Position numbers and translations under genes: made by a program
Source: Takakia lepidozioides
Lineage: Eukaryota; Plantae; Bryophyta
Reading direction: 5' to 3'
Assembly (NCBI GenBank): GCA_030704615.1
Contig: CM060732.1
Location: forward strand, 68,324,001 to 68,388,000
DNA: 64,000 nt
The notes under the pieces: model-generated
What the model saw: the letters and a program-made list of their open reading frames with translations, nothing else
What the model was told of the DNA's origin: nothing
The model's database searches: none
Part shown: positions 61,576 through 64,000 of the stretch, in pieces
How the letters are laid out: each line of letters opens with the position of its first letter
Position numbering within the stretch: the stretch's first letter is position 1

Positions 61576-64000
61576 CTCGTGGAGGCACTGGTGGACTACC
61601 TAAGAACTGACATGTGGTCTTGAAGGCCGAATTTTGACGCTCGTGGAGGGCGGTTTGAGGAGTATCTTCACGATATTCCCATGGTCATGCAAGTGAGGGA
61701 AGAGAGGAGAGGAAGAGTGTTGGGATGAGGGCATGCTGGGGTTAGGCATTGCTTTAGTTTGTCTTCCTTGTAGTTTTCCACCCTCTCATTAGGCCAAGAC
61801 CTTTCCGTAGGTGGAGGCAAGAGTCAGTCCGGGTTTGGGCTGGGGTGTCCTTGCAGGAGCAACACCGTGGAGTTGTTTTTGGTGTGGGGGAGTTGTCGTT
61901 CTGATTTCTTGTGTTTGGATCTGTTAAAATTGAACAAGAACATGAACAAGAACTAATGTCTTAGACTAAAACTAAAACTAAAACTCTCCTCCCAACCATA
62001 GAAACCACCATCATACTCTTACCCTTAGACTAGTGATTTCACTCCCGAGCTTGTACAAGAAGGTCTCTAGAAAGTCCTACTTGGTCACTTCCACTTCCAC
62101 TATGGTGACCATCCACCTTCTACCCATTCACCTTCCAAAGGTGAGTTAAACAAGATAGTCTCTTAGACTTCTAAACCTTTGGCCTTCAAGACTCTTAGTC
62201 TTCTAGATATGTTTAATTACTTCCAACACTCTCACTCAATTAAACCATATCATTGAGCTACTTCGTTTGTCTTTGGAGAAGAGACACCAAGTAAGGCTGA
62301 ACACTTCATATGTTTTGTTTGTGGTAGACTCTTCGTCAAAACATCCGCAACCATATCTCTTGTAGCACAATAGATCACCTTGATCTCTCCTTTGCAACAA
62401 CTTCCTGTATGTAGTGATGTTGCACTTCAATGTGTTTCGTCCTTGAATGATACCTCGGATTCTGACTTAGTGCAATCGCACTTTGATTGTCACAATAGAG
62501 AGTCGTAGATAGTGATTGGAGATGACCCAAATCTCCAAGCAACTTCCGTAACCAAATAACCTCATTTGCTACTTGTCACAAGGTAGAAGATGACATGTTT
62601 CAACTTTGTTCTAGGCTGGCTGCCTGCATAAAGTAATCGGATTATATTGGAAGTAGGTGGAAGAGGCGTCCCTAAATTCCTACAGACGTAGAAAACCCAT
62701 AAACAAAACGTAGGACTAGGAAACGCTAATCGCCCTGTGAAGTAGAGATGATAAGCTTTGCTTTGCCGGTAGGAAATTAGACTATTTAGATCCGTCCATA
62801 GCTGCCACGGACCCTTGCACTTACCGCAGCCGGGTAGGCGGTTCGTTCAGCCCAACCTACACCGCAACTTGCCACGAACCCCTAGGCTAGTAAGCCGTCA
62901 CCCTGGCCGCGCGCGACCGGGGCTCGTCACTGGGTCCTGTGAATGTCCTTCTAGCAGCTCTGGGTTTGGTACTGGGCTTCGATTCTGCAGGTAGACTGGC
63001 GCGTTTGCTGTCACATTGGGAAGGGGGTTCGGATGTTGCCTCTGCTGACCTTCGTGACTTTCCCTGCGGTTGTCCGTCCAGGCTGCAAGTCGATCCCTGG
63101 GTTTGCCAAATGGATGTGCCTTCATGAACATTACGACCTATCGATTGGGCCTGGTGGGCTTGGAAGTAACCTGTACCCGAGGATGGAAGAGGGCGCTGCT
63201 GATGTCGTGGTTGTATCCGTGGCTGATCTCTCCCTTTGCCAGAGCTCTGACCGCGAGAGTGGAAAAATGAGTCGGGAGTCATTGTGCCGGCTGAGGAAAG
63301 CAAGTGCTAAAGACACTCGGAGCTGGAATGGAGCAGCGAAGCGAAACGGGTCTGCAGTCTATCCGATCACTATGCTTTCAAGACTAAGCAAACCTTCACA
63401 CTGAGAGTTCACCAGGGGTGCTGGACGTTGGTTGTGGCAAGGAGAAGGCAGTTGCGTGGGAGAGCTAAGCTTAGCTGTTGGGGAGGGGGGCATGAATCGT
63501 AATGAGATGACAGTGAACTTTGATCGAGATCATAAATGGTGACGGCCGTCAGCCAAAGGCCTGAGCTTCCCAAGATGAAAATAGATCTGATGCCTTCTTC
63601 GAAAACTTGAAAATCCATGTTTGGGCCTCGCCGTGGGTGGAGGAGAGAGACGAAGAGACCGTTGCTGTCGGCTCTCCTCTCACCGCAGATTGCGGAGCTC
63701 CATGGGCGCTCCATCCTCCACTTTCATTTATTGTGTGCACAAGAAGTTGAACGGATGTCATTCAATAAAAGATAGAATATTCTCTTGACAACTGTCTCGA
63801 TCGAATTGGAAGTCTAATCGAAAGTATCGGTGCTAAAGCAGCTGAAACCCATTGCGTAGTTCTGCCTTAGGAAGGCAGGGGCAACAAACTTACATATGTA
63901 ATCTCTCATTGAATGTAACCTAGATAGAGATATTTCACGTGCAGACCCACATATTCAACAGCAGGTGGAATTTTTTTTTTAAATTAATTTGAGTAAAAGG

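Larger units (their letters stand above)
59261..63790. mobile_element. Candidate large solo LTR or non-autonomous element
   Basis: Bounded by TGTCAAG..CTTGACA, starts where LINE homology stops, non-coding, carries LTR-type tandem repeats. No matching TSD. Confidence 0.35.

Noticed and set aside
62887-63714. ORFs near the window end
   Set aside because: No recognisable domains and no consistent splice model.

Overview
Eukaryotic, transposon-rich window from a plant. A non-seed land plant is my inference from gene style and TE content, not something provable here. Two host genes can be modelled with GT-AG introns and consistent intron phases. The first is a 13-coding-exon minus-strand gene (20475->8225, about 2404 aa) with two Agenet/Tudor-like domains, an INO80D/KANSL2-type C3HC3H zinc finger and seven AP2 domains. 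The second is a 3-exon family-1 UDP-glycosyltransferase (30837-33385). The rest is mostly retroelements. Region 33.9-59.3 kb can be reconstructed as an RTE-X-like LINE, a non-chromovirus Ty3/gypsy inserted into it (with extra 5' and 3' ORFs), and a chromovirus inserted into that element's RNase H (TSD CTGAT). Two inversions scrambled this nest (46928-58461 and about 50757-53732). Two diverged L1/Tx1-like LINE copies share a conserved +1-frame peptide overlapping the ORF2 stop, a conserved structured 3' UTR, and the same tRNA-like sequence just after the tail. All assignments come from motif recognition by eye; no database searches were run.
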